Assembly (NCBI GenBank): GCA_964016885.1
Contig: OZ024741.1
Location: forward strand, 15,500,001-15,564,000
Reading direction: 5' to 3'
Source of the DNA: Eledone cirrhosa
Lineage: Eukaryota
Length of the DNA stretch: 64,000 nt
Part shown: positions 16,749-28,504 of the stretch, piece by piece
Layout of the letters: each line of letters opens with the position of its first letter
How positions within the stretch are numbered: position 1 is the stretch's first letter
Position numbers and translations under genes: made by a program
The notes under the pieces: generated by a model
What the model saw: the letters and a program-made list of their open reading frames with translations, nothing else
The model's database searches: none
Told to the model about the DNA's origin: nothing

Positions 16749-17532
16749 TGATTTAAAATTCCAATCCAGAGATTTGATTCTGATCTGGGTTTTTTCTATT
16801 TAATTGCTTACCTGTAGATATTGTTCTCTTTACAGTAACGGTAAAATCACTTGTAATAATTCTTTACACACTTCTCACTGTGTAACACATTTCTCTTTGT
16901 GTAATATATACTTACATTTGAGCTCGGAAGGAAATTCTCTATTCTTCTTTGAGCTAATAATACTATTATTATTGTTATTATTACAGTGAACTGCGGAATA
17001 CTCTTAATTCCGATTTTGTATAATTAATGAGCTCCAAATTGTTGAGCTAATAATTCGCATGGTTCGGCTGCACTTTCTAGCATCTTCCCCAATCCACGAG
17101 AGCCGTTATTTGATTCGAATAACACGTGATTTCGCCCACTCTGGCTCGCGTGTCTATTTGCAATCTCTCTAGCTATGAAGGTTAGATGTGCAGATTTCAG
17201 TCTCGCATTTTGCTGACTGATGATCCATGTGGACTGTTATACTACACATATAGGTGGTGACACATATAAGTGGTGACACATATAGGTGGTGACACATATA
17301 GGTGGTGACACATATAAGTGGTGAAACGAAAAACTAGGTTCGTATCAGCAAAATATAGTTATAAGGTTTGTGATTTAAAATTCCAATCCAGAGATTTGAT
17401 TCTGATCTGGTTTTTTTCTATTTAATTGCTTACCTGTAGATATTGTTCTCTTTACAGTAACGGTAAAATCACTTCTAATAATTCTTTACACACTTCTCAC
17501 TGTGTAACACATTTCTCTTTGTGTAATATATA

Positions 17533-17535
<3 letters not shown>
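16749..17535 (+). mobile_element. Non-coding retrozyme/PLE-type element with partial terminal direct repeat
   Basis: ~165-bp direct repeats at 16749-16913 and 17371-17535 (period 622), (TA)n on both flanks, hammerhead just upstream of the 3' repeat. Confidence 0.75.
17207..17354 (+). ncRNA. Type I hammerhead ribozyme with expanded helix II
   Basis: attttgctga CTGATGA tcca...tggt GAAA cgaa-aaactagg-ttcg TA tcagcaaaat; perfect 10-bp helix I; GUA site, predicted cut after 17344. Confidence 0.88.
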
Positions 17536-17600
<65 letters not shown>

Positions 17601-17604
<4 letters not shown>

Positions 17605-17830
17605 AACCAGTAAGACCCCGACGGCTGAGCTCAAGCCGTTTCGACGGCTAATTCGGGAATTAGCCGTCGAAACGGCTTGAGCTCAGCCGTCGGGGTCTTA
17701 CTGGTTCCTATTACCCACTCTACTACCCTAAGTATTGAGTACTTTGGTGCGTTATGGTCCACCTGGTTCCTTACCACATTTCCTTCGTTATATATATATA
17801 TATATATATATAACGAAGAAAATGTGGTAT
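17601..17830 (+). mobile_element. PLE terminal repeat (family A), fold-back copy carrying the 3' half of a hammerhead
   Basis: Palindrome centred at ~17656: tagccgtc GAAA cggcttgagctcagccg TC ggggt. Same family at 20099-20180 (-), 20259-20462, 23337-23468 (-) and 33873-34020. Confidence 0.8.
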
Positions 17831-17854
17831 ATGTGTGTGTGGGGGGGGGGGGGG

Positions 17855-18195
17855 GTGTACGCTATCCGTCCACAGAAATCTCACTCGCATAACAACAATA
17901 AGGCAACATTATTTCACCTCAATTTCCCCCCCCCCCCCTCTCTCTCTTTAACATTATAACAAATCACATTAAAGCAGAAACAAACCCCATCAAGTTCAAG
18001 AAGTCTTTGGACAAATTCCTTCAAGAAATCCCGGATAAAACTCCTACACTCGGATATGCCTCCGTATACAATAACTCTCTACTTGAGTGGGCCATGCTGC
18101 CCAAACACTGATTTGAAAGACTTTGCCAGGTGGTGCTATTAAGTTAGACATGGCCTGGGCCAATACTGGCCGAAACCTATCAAAGTTATCAAAGT

Positions 18196-18197
<2 letters not shown>
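17855..18197 (+). mobile_element. CR1/L2-group LINE 3' fragment
   Basis: Frame from 17944 reads LFNIITNHIKAETNPIKFKKSLDKFLQEIPDKTPTLGYASVYNNSLLEW... with stop at 18109-18111, then a short 3' UTR and a TATCAAAGT x2 tail. Confidence 0.65.
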
Positions 18198-18226
<29 letters not shown>

Positions 18227-18233
18227 ATATATA

Positions 18234-18457
18234 TAGTAATAATAAAAAATGTGAAGACTAAAATCCAAAGAGGGCGCGATAAGGATAAATATATATCAAA
18301 TATATAAGAACCGTAGAGCAAATATTTATTAAAATAACAGATTAAAGCTTAAGCAAAGAATCGCTGCTTTCACCCTTAACGGGATCTTCTGAAACAGTTT
18401 CAGAAGATCCCGTTAAGGGTGAAAGCACCGATTCTTTGCTTAAACTTTAATCTGTTA

Positions 18458-18464
<7 letters not shown>
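18234..18464. mobile_element. PLE-type terminal repeat (family B), head-to-head fold-back with variant hammerheads
   Basis: agttt CAGAAGA tccc-gttaa-gggt GAAA gca...tgc TT aaact at 18396-18446 and its inverse at ~18346-18396. Other copies at 25241-25386, 26138-26210, 53215-53435 and 62411-62530, all in (TA)n. Confidence 0.75.
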
Positions 18465-18509
<45 letters not shown>

Positions 18510-18592
18510 CGCGTATTTTCCTAGTTTGTTAATAAAATGTGCTGCGTATTCGTATGTTACTCACACAACACCAGATTCTGGTTTGTTTCTTT

Positions 18593-18983
18593 TCGGGGTC
18601 ACCACTTATAACAAAATTACTCGTGTGTATGAATATAACAAGGAGACGTGGTTTGTGTGTATAATATTTAATTAACAATTTGTGGATATATAGAACAGTA
18701 TAGTTGACATGTCAATGAATAGTTGAGAGAATGAAGCAAAGTTATTAGTTACCGTTTGTTTGCCAGGCGGACGCGCCTGGCCGAAGACGCTTGGCCTTCG
18801 GCCAGGAGCCGAAAAGGCAAATGAGAGATTGGGAGCTTAAAGTAATTCCCTTTATAGGGTTGGAACGGAAGTGACAGAAAGGGTTCTGCCACCAACGGGA
18901 AGTAACTCCAACTACTTCCTGTCTAGAGAGCGTTAATCTATTGCTGACGTGAGTGTCACAACAAGGGAGGCAACTCCTGCTAC

Positions 18984-18984
<1 letters not shown>
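18593..18984 (-). mobile_element. LTR retrotransposon 5' LTR plus tRNA-Trp-like primer-binding site
   Basis: Minus strand starts TGTAGCAGG at 18984; ~375 bp later TGGTGACCCCGA (18604-18593) is complementary to the 3' end of tRNA-Trp. The LTR 3' CA is not cleanly preserved. Confidence 0.55.
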
Positions 18985-19029
<45 letters not shown>

Positions 19030-19173
19030 CTTTAGGCGAGTTGACACAACCATATAAGGCAAAGAGTAATTCAAAGCTCAAATGTGATTTTATAGTCCAC
19101 AGCAAGAGAGATACAAGACATAGCTAGAAAATATTATCGAACTAACTAATGTCTAGACTTTGATGGTAAGTTG

Positions 19174-19258
19174 TTTAATGGATTCTGAAGAAGTCTGTAC
19201 AGAGGAAAACAATGGAACTTCTTACTGTAATAATTGAAACGTTCGTAAATCAATTAAA
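19174..19258 (+). ncRNA. Type I hammerhead ribozyme
   Basis: tttaatggatt CTGAAGA ...tacag...ctgta... GAAA cgttcg TA aatcaattaaa; helix I pairs at 10 of 11 positions; GUA site. Confidence 0.78.
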
Positions 19259-19290
19259 TAATTGAATGTAATTTAATCTTGGTTAGTTTG

Positions 19291-19333
<43 letters not shown>

Positions 19334-19345
19334 ATGTGTGTGTTC

Positions 19346-19391
19346 TTGTCTGATGACCCTGTGATAAACAGGCGAAACTCCAGAGTAACCA
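19346..19391 (+). ncRNA. Type I hammerhead ribozyme (slightly decayed)
   Basis: ttgt CTGATGA c cctgt-gataa-acagg c GAAA ctc-ca-gag TA acca; weak helix I, C.C opposite at base of helix II. Confidence 0.68.
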
Positions 19392-19413
19392 TTTAGCCTT
19401 AATAACATGAATA

Positions 19414-19463
<50 letters not shown>

Positions 19464-19944
19464 TTAAATCTGAAAATGTTACTGTAGATAGTCAATTGTC
19501 TTAGCCCAAATCATAATCTCCCTTCATCTCTCACGGTTGGGTTTCCCTATCAGGCAGTTTAATCTATATTACATCACCTCACATAACAAATCTGAGAATG
19601 TTAAATGAGATAGGCAAGGGTCTTATCCGGAGGGTATTTTGCTGTGAAATTTCTCACGCTTTTTTTTAAATGTTGGACAGCAGATTATATTCTTAATTGA
19701 CCCAGTTTTTCCCATCTATCAGAAGTCACGGTTATCAAATCATCTGGGAATATTCGCCTTCACAGTAGAGTCACCTTTCACTTTGGTCTTCCACCTTCAT
19801 ATTTCACTTGAGCTTCTCAACAGTGTGTGTCTGTCTATATCTTTCAGTCGGCTTCTCTCTATGCCTGTATCTGTATGCATGTGTCTCTACATGTGTGCGT
19901 GTATAATATATACATATATATATGTGTGTGTATACATACATATG

Positions 19945-20091
<147 letters not shown>

Positions 20092-20478
20092 ATATATATA
20101 ACGAAGGAGGTATGGTAAGGAACCAGATGGACCAGAAATAGTCGTCGGAATGCCTTGAGCTCTGCCGTCGGGGTCATACATTTTCCTATATATATATATA
20201 TACATACACATGTATATATATATATATATATATGTGTGTGTATATATAAATATATATATAGGAACGAGTAGGACCCCGACGGCTGAGCTCAAGCCGTTTC
20301 GACGGCTAATTCTGGACTCTCGAGTCCAGAATTAGCCGTCGAAACGGCTTGAGCTCAGCCGTCGGGGTCCTACTCGTTCCTATTACCCACTCTACTACCC
20401 TAAGTATTGAGTACTTTGATGCATTATGGTCCATCTGGTTCCTTACCACATTTCCTTCGTTATATATATATATATATT

Positions 20479-20818
20479 TGAAAAAAGGAAAAGAATGACT
20501 TCACTTGTAGTTCTAAACAATTTTATTTACATTTATAATATTATAATATAATTGTTTCTATTTTAGGCACAAGGCCAGCAATTAACCAGTACATTACTGG
20601 TACTTTATTTTATTGACCCCGTAAGGATGAAAGGCAAAGTTAACCTCGGCGGGATTTGAAATCAGATCATAAAGGGACGTAACTCTATGCTTCAATGTAT
20701 GGTGACCGACTCTCTACCGATACTGCCAATCCACCGTCTTATAATATTATAATATAATAAAATTAAACCAAATTGCTTAGAACTACAAGTGAAGTCATTC
20801 TTTTCCTTTTTTTAAATA
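20479..20818. mobile_element. Inverted-repeat element interrupted by a full-length SINE (20-bp TSD)
   Basis: ~45-bp inverted arms at 20479-20524 and 20770-20818; minus-strand SINE flanked by TTATAATATTATAATATAAT at 20533-20552 and 20739-20758. Confidence 0.8.
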
Positions 20819-20876
20819 TACCTAACTGTACCTAGGATCTCAGACTTTTTCCTATATATCTCTATATCTCTATATA

Positions 20877-20980
<104 letters not shown>

Positions 20981-21374
20981 TATATATATATGTGCGTGTG
21001 TGTAACATTTTTAAGTTTAATTAGAAACAAAACATTCATAAACACTTGAGTGAATCATTGTTTTGTGACCCTTACAGTCTCATCTTCAGATCTCTCTCTG
21101 TCTCTCTCCCGTTTTATTTATTTCTCTATCTATCTACCTTTTTATATATGACTTTATATCTAACTGACTCTCTATCTGTCTATTCATCAGTCAAATAAGT
21201 GTTGAAATAAGATAAATCTAGAAAAGAACTTAAATTGTATTAACACAACAACAACAGCAACAATAATAATAATAACAACAACAGCAACAATAATAATAAT
21301 AACAGCAACAGCAACAATAATAATAATAACAACAACATCAACAACAATAATAATAACAGCAACAGCAACAATAA

Positions 21375-21998
21375 TAATTGTTTCTACTATTGGCACAAGG
21401 CCGGCAATTATCTCAGTGTATTACTGGTACTTTATTTTATCGACCCCGTAAGAATGAAAGGCAAAGTTAACCTCGGCGGGATTTGAACTCAGATCATAAA
21501 GGGACGTAACTATGTGGTAAAGCATGGCGTCCGATCCTCTACCGATACTGCCAATTTACCAATAATAGTAATGATTTCTACTATAGGCGAAATTTTGGGG
21601 GAGGGGAAAGTCTATTAAATCGATCCAGTACATTACTGGTGCTTTATTTTATCGACCCCGTAAGGATGAAGGGCAAAGTTAACCTGGTCAGGATTTGAAC
21701 TTAGAACGTAAGGGGTCTTGACTCTATGGGGCTTAGCAAGGTGTCCGACACTCTACCGATACTGCCAATCCACCTAATAATGATTTCTAGTATAGGCACA
21801 AGGCCAGTAATATAGGGGGAGGGATAAATCGATTAAATCCACCCCAGTATGTTACTGGTGCTTTATTTTATCGACCCCGTAACGATGAAAGGCTAAGTTA
21901 ACCTTGGCGGTATTTGAACTCAGACCATAAAGGGCCGTAACTCTTTGCTGTAAAGCATGGCGTCCGACCCTCTACCGAAACTTCCAATCCACCGCTCT
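21375..21998 (-). mobile_element. Three head-to-tail Deu/Nin-type SINEs
   Basis: Copies at ~21375-21560, 21570-21775 and 21780-21998; the latter two carry the extra GGGGAGGG segment. Confidence 0.85.
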
Positions 21999-22776
21999 AA
22001 TAATGATAACAATAATAGTAATAATAGTATTGACAACGATAGTAATCAGAGCACCAATATACTATATAAAATACCTTTACAAATGCTAGTGATAATTATA
22101 GAGGAATTATTATTCCATTAGAGAAAAGCACAACAAAGTGGTTTTTATTTTGCGCTAATGATACATTGATTTGAAAATGAACTGATTGAAAATATTTATA
22201 ATGTCGGCCATAGTGTGGTTTAAGCTGTTACGATGAGAGGGGGAGAGGGGGATGGGGTGAGGAGAGAGAGAGGGGATTGCTGAAAATATCTTCCCCTCCC
22301 CCCCCCCCCATACAGATATTCAAAGTAGGAGGAAATCTACGTCTACAATTCACTTTTGGAATCAAATCTGTTGCATATAAATATATAGTTATATGCGTGT
22401 GTCCATATATGCATGCATATAAATATATAGTTATATGCGTGTGTCCATATATGCATGCATGAATACAGTAAGCTATACTTTTAGACAATCATTGATTCCA
22501 ACTGTTAGCACTATCAGATATATAAATTACTTCATCATTAGTGTTGTTGTCATAACTCAACTAATATCAGTTGGACTGATAAAATGTCAAGTCAGTCAAT
22601 CATATTGATGGCGTCCCCACAGCCCCGGCGGATAGAATGGAGAAGGCGTTTCCCCGGAGGACGGCAAGGGAGACGCGCTGGAAAAGTCTCGCGAGGCTCA
22701 CACCTGCGGCTGGCCTTTTATATATATATATATATACGATATTAATAAATGGAAACTATATTTATAAAACCATATT

Positions 22777-22841
22777 TATTTCATTATACATATTTCAGGG
22801 ATACCACATTAAATTATGGTATGCCTTCATCAGACAAAATA
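22777..22841 (-). ncRNA. Type I hammerhead ribozyme (inverted copy)
   Basis: Reverse complement of the 23122-23186 motif within ~145-bp inverted repeats (22735-22880 and 23084-23229). Confidence 0.85.
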
Positions 22842-23121
22842 CAATATATAACAGTTTTACAAATAGCTTTGGCGTACCCTTTTAAAATGCAACCATTACT
22901 TTTGGAGGCTGTCTGGATAGTGATTTGTTTATATTATTTTAATAAGTCATAGTGTTAAGCACAATTAGAAAAAGACGGAGAGAAAGAAAAAAAGAAAAAA
23001 GACGGAGAGAGATAAAGAAAACCTGGAGAAATATCGGAGAGAGAGAGAAATGTATGGAGAAAAGAAAGAGATAAATAAAGATAGGGTACGTCAAAGCTAT
23101 TTGTAAAACTGTTATATATTG

Positions 23122-23186
23122 TATTTTGTCTGATGAAGGCATACCATAATTTAATGTGGTATCCCTGAAATATGTATAATGAAATA
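23122..23186 (+). ncRNA. Type I hammerhead ribozyme
   Basis: tattttgt CTGATGA aggcatacca...tggtatccct GAAA tatgta TA atgaaata; 8-bp helix I; predicted cut after 23178. A divergent copy of the downstream tail lies at ~45573-45738 (-). Confidence 0.85.
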
Positions 23187-23464
23187 AATATGGTTTTATA
23201 AATATAGTTTCCATTTATTAATATCGTATATCTACTCCAAAAACTTGTCGAGTGCTTTATATCAGTTATAAAAATATTTACTTGTTGTATCCCAACAACT
23301 TTAAATAGAACTTTTGCATATATATATATATATATAACGGAGGAAATGTGGTAAGGAACCAGGTGGACCATAACGCACCAAAGTACTCAATACTTAGGGT
23401 AGTAGAGTGGGTAATAGGAACGAGTAGGACCCCGACGGCTGAGCTCAAGCCGTTTCGACGGCTA

Positions 23465-23538
<74 letters not shown>

Positions 23539-23623
23539 AAAAGGTAAACAGAAATAACAACACAATCGGTACAGTATATGAAAGGTATATATTAGATTAA
23601 CGCTTGATATAGCAGGAAAAGGG

Positions 23624-23659
23624 TCTTAATGTTTCGGACGCTAGTCTTTCATCAGAAGA
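23624..23659 (-). ncRNA. Minimal hammerhead, decayed
   Basis: Minus: tctt CTGATGA aagac-tagc-gtcc GAAA ca TT aaga; probably decayed from GAAACGTT. Confidence 0.6.
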
Positions 23660-23788
23660 AAGAATGAGAAATAAAATAGATTGAGGAGACGGGCGGGATG
23701 GAATTGGAAAAAATGTCTTTAGATAAAAATAATAGGTCCATTCATGTTGACATCTCTTATATATATATATAATGTAATCGAATATAAA

Positions 23789-23972
23789 TAATTGTTTCTG
23801 CTTCGGCACAAGGCCAGCAATTACCCAGTGCATTACTGGTACTTTATTTTATCGACCCTGTAAGGATGAAAGGCAAAGTTGACCTCGGTGGGATTTAAAC
23901 TCAGAATGGCAAGGGCCGTAACTCTATGCGTCAAAGCATGGCGTCCGACCCTCTACCGATACTGCCAATCCA
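23789..23972 (-). mobile_element. Deu/Nin-type SINE
   Basis: Near full-length copy of the family, abutting a fold-back element at 23972-24122. Confidence 0.88.
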
Positions 23973-24185
23973 ATAATATTCGATTCGTTGGCAATTATAC
24001 AAACAACCTCTTTTATAAACCATGTCAGTAGAATGAGCCCCTCATTCTCGCCTTTGTGATGGCATTGGTTTATAAAAGAGGCTGTTTGCATAATTGCAAA
24101 CGAATCGAATATTGTTATTAATATTCGAAAAACTCAAATTACATTTATTGTATTCAGCCATGTAGAGCGATAACTATTTGTTATA

Positions 24186-24266
<81 letters not shown>

Positions 24267-24714
24267 CCGGGGGTTATTTTCCTTGCCGGAATTAACACGT
24301 GACAGCTATAGATACGATACGCAGCATATATAGCAGCAACATATAGCTTATCACTTCGCTCCTGGCTAGAACGAAAAACCTGTTGAAAAACTGAATCCTC
24401 CGTTCGATCATGAATGCCACGAGCTTGCCAGTCACGTAAGTCTGATATTTGATTTCGGATTCAAAGAAACACTTTAAACGCTTGATCGTTTGATTTGTCC
24501 AGGTGCATTTTTCTCAACCTGATTAGTTCTATCGTTACTTTGGTATATATTGTGTGTTAGATTCGCCTACCACAATGTTCGATTTGTCAAGCTATTTAAA
24601 CGTATGTTATTACTCTAAGGCCCCAACTTATCGAGTGCTTTGTTAAGTCATCATTTCATATAAGTAGGCCGAATTTACTTGCAAACCGCCAGAGATTCGA
24701 TTTTACTGTTTTCC

Positions 24715-24753
<39 letters not shown>

Positions 24754-24889
24754 CTTGATCACCTTGACCGACAAGTCTGTCGGTCGCCATTTGGCGCCGC
24801 TGGTCACAGCATGTTGCTCTTTTAGCCATACGATGACGCCATACCACTGGCTGGGCGGGCAGGCCGTAAGTCTAAAGTCTGTCTTAAGC

Positions 24890-25128
24890 CAGAAGGTTCA
24901 TTTGGCCGGTGCTTATCACGGCTTCATGGCGTGAAGCGACTGAGAGCGCAAGTCCATCGCAGGGTTAAACCTCCAGCTATTGCTGATACTCATTTTCAGC
25001 TGAGTAAACTGGAGCAATGTGAAATAAAGTGTTTTGCTCAAGGAAACAACACATCACCCTGTCCGAGAATTGAACTCACAGCCTTTCGATTGCAAGCCCA
25101 ATGCTTTAACCACTAAGCCATGTGCCTG
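24890..25128 (-). mobile_element. CORE-type tRNA SINE
   Basis: Minus: A-box TGGCTTAGTGG, B-box-like GTTCAATTC, then CCTTGAGCAAAACACTTTATTTCACATTGCTCCAG. Relatives at ~5270-5410 (+), 8130-8215, 53800-53955 and 60570-60690. Confidence 0.75.
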
Positions 25129-25132
25129 CACA

Positions 25133-25245
<113 letters not shown>

Positions 25246-25379
25246 ATAATAATAAATTTGAAGACTAAAATCCAAAGAGGGTTCGATAAGGATAAATATA
25301 TATCATATATATATATTAGTTTCAGAAGATCCCGTTAAGGGTGAAAGCAGCGATTCTTTGCTTAAACTTTAATCTGTTA

Positions 25380-25456
<77 letters not shown>

Positions 25457-25661
25457 CGTTTCTGAATTTGTTTAGCAAGATTCTTTATCTGAAAACGTGT
25501 GTTGAAACCGATATTGTTATGCTTTGGGAGGGTCATGTTGCCAATAAGAAACACACGCACCAGTTGCTTTCACTTCAATTTATTATAAATTTAGGAATTT
25601 ATAAATTTATAAATTTCCTGTTGGTTGGTTGGTTCCACACCCAGACGATTGTTCATATATT

Positions 25662-25704
25662 GTCAAAGTTCTTTCGTCACACATTCTGTGACCTCTTCAG
25701 TGAC
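25662..25704 (-). ncRNA. Minimal type I hammerhead ribozyme
   Basis: Minus: gtca CTGAAGA g gtcaca-gaatg-tgtgac GAAA gaac TT tgac; followed by a ~200-bp tail into (TA)n at 25455. Confidence 0.78.
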
Positions 25705-25761
25705 TGGGGATTCTTTTCTTTGTTTTTGTGCCTCTCCTTTGTTCTGTCCTACGCCATCTTC

Positions 25762-26054
25762 AAATAAAAATTCAAATGCAAAAGTTATTGTTGACAATTA
25801 GTCTTTTACCTTAAATTTATTTAAATGTCCTTAATTTTCGAGATAATGTCTCTTCTTTGCAAGTAAAGCGGTTAAACCAGTGTTCTAAATAGGTTGCCAA
25901 GTCAAGCATGACTTGGCAAGCTATGTAGAACACTGGTTTAACCGCTTTACTTCCCTCCAAAGAAGAGATATTATCTCGAAAATTAAGGACATTTAAATAA
26001 ATTTAAGGTAAAAGACTAATTCTCAACAATATCTTTTGCATTTGCATTTTTATT
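25762..26054. repeat. ~290-bp near-perfect palindrome (fold-back)
   Basis: Arms inverted about ~25907 (GCCAAGTCA-agca-TGACTTGGC); decayed hammerhead-like cct CCAAAGA agagat-att-atctc GAAA at TA agg near 25953-25988. Confidence 0.85.
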
Positions 26055-26096
26055 CTATGTCCATACCTGCATTGTTTTGGCTTTACAAATACAAAC

Positions 26097-26140
<44 letters not shown>

Positions 26141-26243
26141 TAAAATAAGAGATTAAAGTTTAAGCAAAGAATCGCTGGTTTCACCCTTAACGGGATCTTC
26201 TGGGTTTCAGAAATTTATATATAAATTAATATATATATATATT

Positions 26244-26349
<106 letters not shown>

Positions 26350-26556
26350 AATGTATATATTATAAATATACATACATATGTGTACACATATATACTATAT
26401 AATAACAACGACGCTAATGTTGTTTTGTGTTTTGTGACAATGAGGATGATGGTGGTTATTAGCGGTGATGATTCTGTTCGAGGTGAGGCTGATATGGCCA
26501 AAGCTTGTAATGTTTCTGCTCTTGATGTTGATGATGATGATATTGATGATGACTCC

Positions 26557-27432
26557 AGTCCACACTGTGGAGTGGTCGTGCAGGTGTCACCTCAAAAAGC
26601 ACCTAGTCCACACTGTGAAGTGGTCATGTAGGTGTCACGACAAAAATCACCTTGTCCACACTGTGAAGTGGTCGCGCAGCTGTCACAACAAAAATCACCT
26701 TGTCCACACTGTGAAGTGGTTGCGCTGGTGTCACAACAAAAAGCACCTAGTCCACACTGTGAAGTGGTCGTGCAGGTGTGACAACAAAAAGCACCTTGAC
26801 CACACTGTGAAGTGGTCGTGAAGGTGTGACGACAAAAAGCACCTTGTCCACACTGTGAAGTGGTCGTGCAGGTGTGACGACAAAAAGCACCTTGTCCACA
26901 CTGTGAAGTGGTCATGCAGGTGTGACGACAAAAATCACCTTGTCCACACTGTGAAGTGGTCGCGCAGGTGTCACAACAAAAATCACCTTGTCCACACTGT
27001 GAAGTGTTCGCGCAGGTGTCACAACAAGAAGCACCTTGTCCACACTGTGAAGTGTTCGCGCAGGTGTCACAACAAGAAGCACCTAGTCCACACTGTGAAG
27101 TGGTCATGCAGGTGTGACGACAAAAAGCACCTTGTCCACACTGTGAAGTGGTCGTGCAGGTGTGACGACAAAAAGCACCTTGTCCACACTGCGAAGTGGT
27201 CGTGCAGGTGTGACGACAAAAAGTACCTTGTCCACACTGTGAAGTGGTCATGCAGGTGTGACGACAAAAAGCACCTTGTCCACACTGTGGAGTGGTCGTG
27301 CAGGTGTGACGACAAAAAGCACCTTGTCCACACTGTGAAGTGGTCGTGTAGGTGTGACGACAAAATGTACCTTGTCCACACTGTGAAGTGGTTGTGTAGG
27401 TGTGACGACAAAAACACCCAGTACACACTGTA
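26557..27432 (+). repeat. 48-bp tandem array (~18 copies) inside an RTE-tailed SINE-like element
   Basis: Unit GTCCACACTGTGAAGTGGTCGTGCAGGTGTGACGACAAAAAGCACCTT; runs into GGTTGGCGTTAGGAAGGGCATCC...GGACGTTAAACGATGATGAT (to ~27610). The same 3' end occurs inverted at ~15867-15916. Confidence 0.9.
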
Positions 27433-28285
27433 AATGTGGTTGGCGTTAGGAAGGGCATCCAACCGTAGAAACTAGACCAGAAATGGTTCTGTATGAGCAA
27501 GACACCGTCACCCGACCCGACTTACCTCAAAAGGGACAACCCGTTCTACCCCATGCTAGCGTAGAAAAAGGACGTTAAACGATGATGATAATGATGATGA
27601 CGATGATGATTACATGTAATCCCTTGTACAAATCTTTTCTGTCATATGAAGTCACCTATTGCCATTAATGGGGAACCTAATTAAAATTAAACTATTATCG
27701 CAATCCACGAAGATAATATTAACTTTATTTCATGAGACTTTTCCTGTCAGAAGAAAATTGTTGCATTGCAAATGTTAGTTGATGGCGTTGAAACGAGGGG
27801 GCCTCGGGATTTCATCACTACAAGATCAACGGGGAATGTTAAAAGCAGGTGGCTTCTGGATCCCCCTCCCCCAGGAAAATATATAAAACAGACTAAGGTA
27901 CATTTCATATACTTACTCTTTTTCAATTCTGTATTTTTTGGAAGCAGGCATGCCTGAATGATTAAGGTGTTCCGGCTTCGATCTCGGCACGTGGTATGTT
28001 GAGCAAATATCATTTACCATAGCTTAGCTTTGAATCTATCTAATCCTTCTGAATTAAAATGAGTAAACAGAAGCTATGTGGATGCCCATCTGATGAATTT
28101 GTACCTATAGTTCAAATGTTTGTCTTTGTTACACGTTATGCCACGCTGATTCAACTTGAAAATTACTTTAAGAATATATGTCTCCCTATAATACTCAACC
28201 ATTTATAGGTTAATTCGTGGCTTGGACTGTCAGTTGATCGAACAACTACATACTCATCGTCGAAACCGACGTAGAATTCACCATC

Positions 28286-28504
28286 ATTATTCTGTTTCAC
28301 ATTAGGGCAGTGAATTGGCAGTATCGGTAGAGGGTCAGACATGCTTTCCAGCATAGTTACGTCCCTTTACGATCTGAGTTCAAATCCGGCCGAGGTTAAC
28401 TTTGCCTTTCATCTTTACGGGGTCGATAAAATAAAGTACCAGCAATGTACTGGGTAATTGTTGGCCTTGTGCCTAAAATAGAAACAATTATTCTGTTTCA
28501 CATT
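28286..28504 (+). mobile_element. Full-length Deu/Nin-type SINE with 18-bp TSD
   Basis: ATTATTCTGTTTCACATT at 28286-28303 and 28487-28504. Confidence 0.92.

Noticed and set aside
24437-24484. CTGATA-tttga..tcaaa-GAAA motif
   Set aside because: Incomplete core and no UH site or helix III.
26557-27432. CRISPR-like regular array or Cys/His metal-binding repeat protein
   Set aside because: Contiguous tandem units without unique spacers, no cas genes, eukaryotic context; open frames follow from a unit length divisible by 3.
28304-28400. tRNA gene
   Set aside because: A/B-box-like motifs belong to the SINE head; no cloverleaf, and it is followed by SINE body and TSD.
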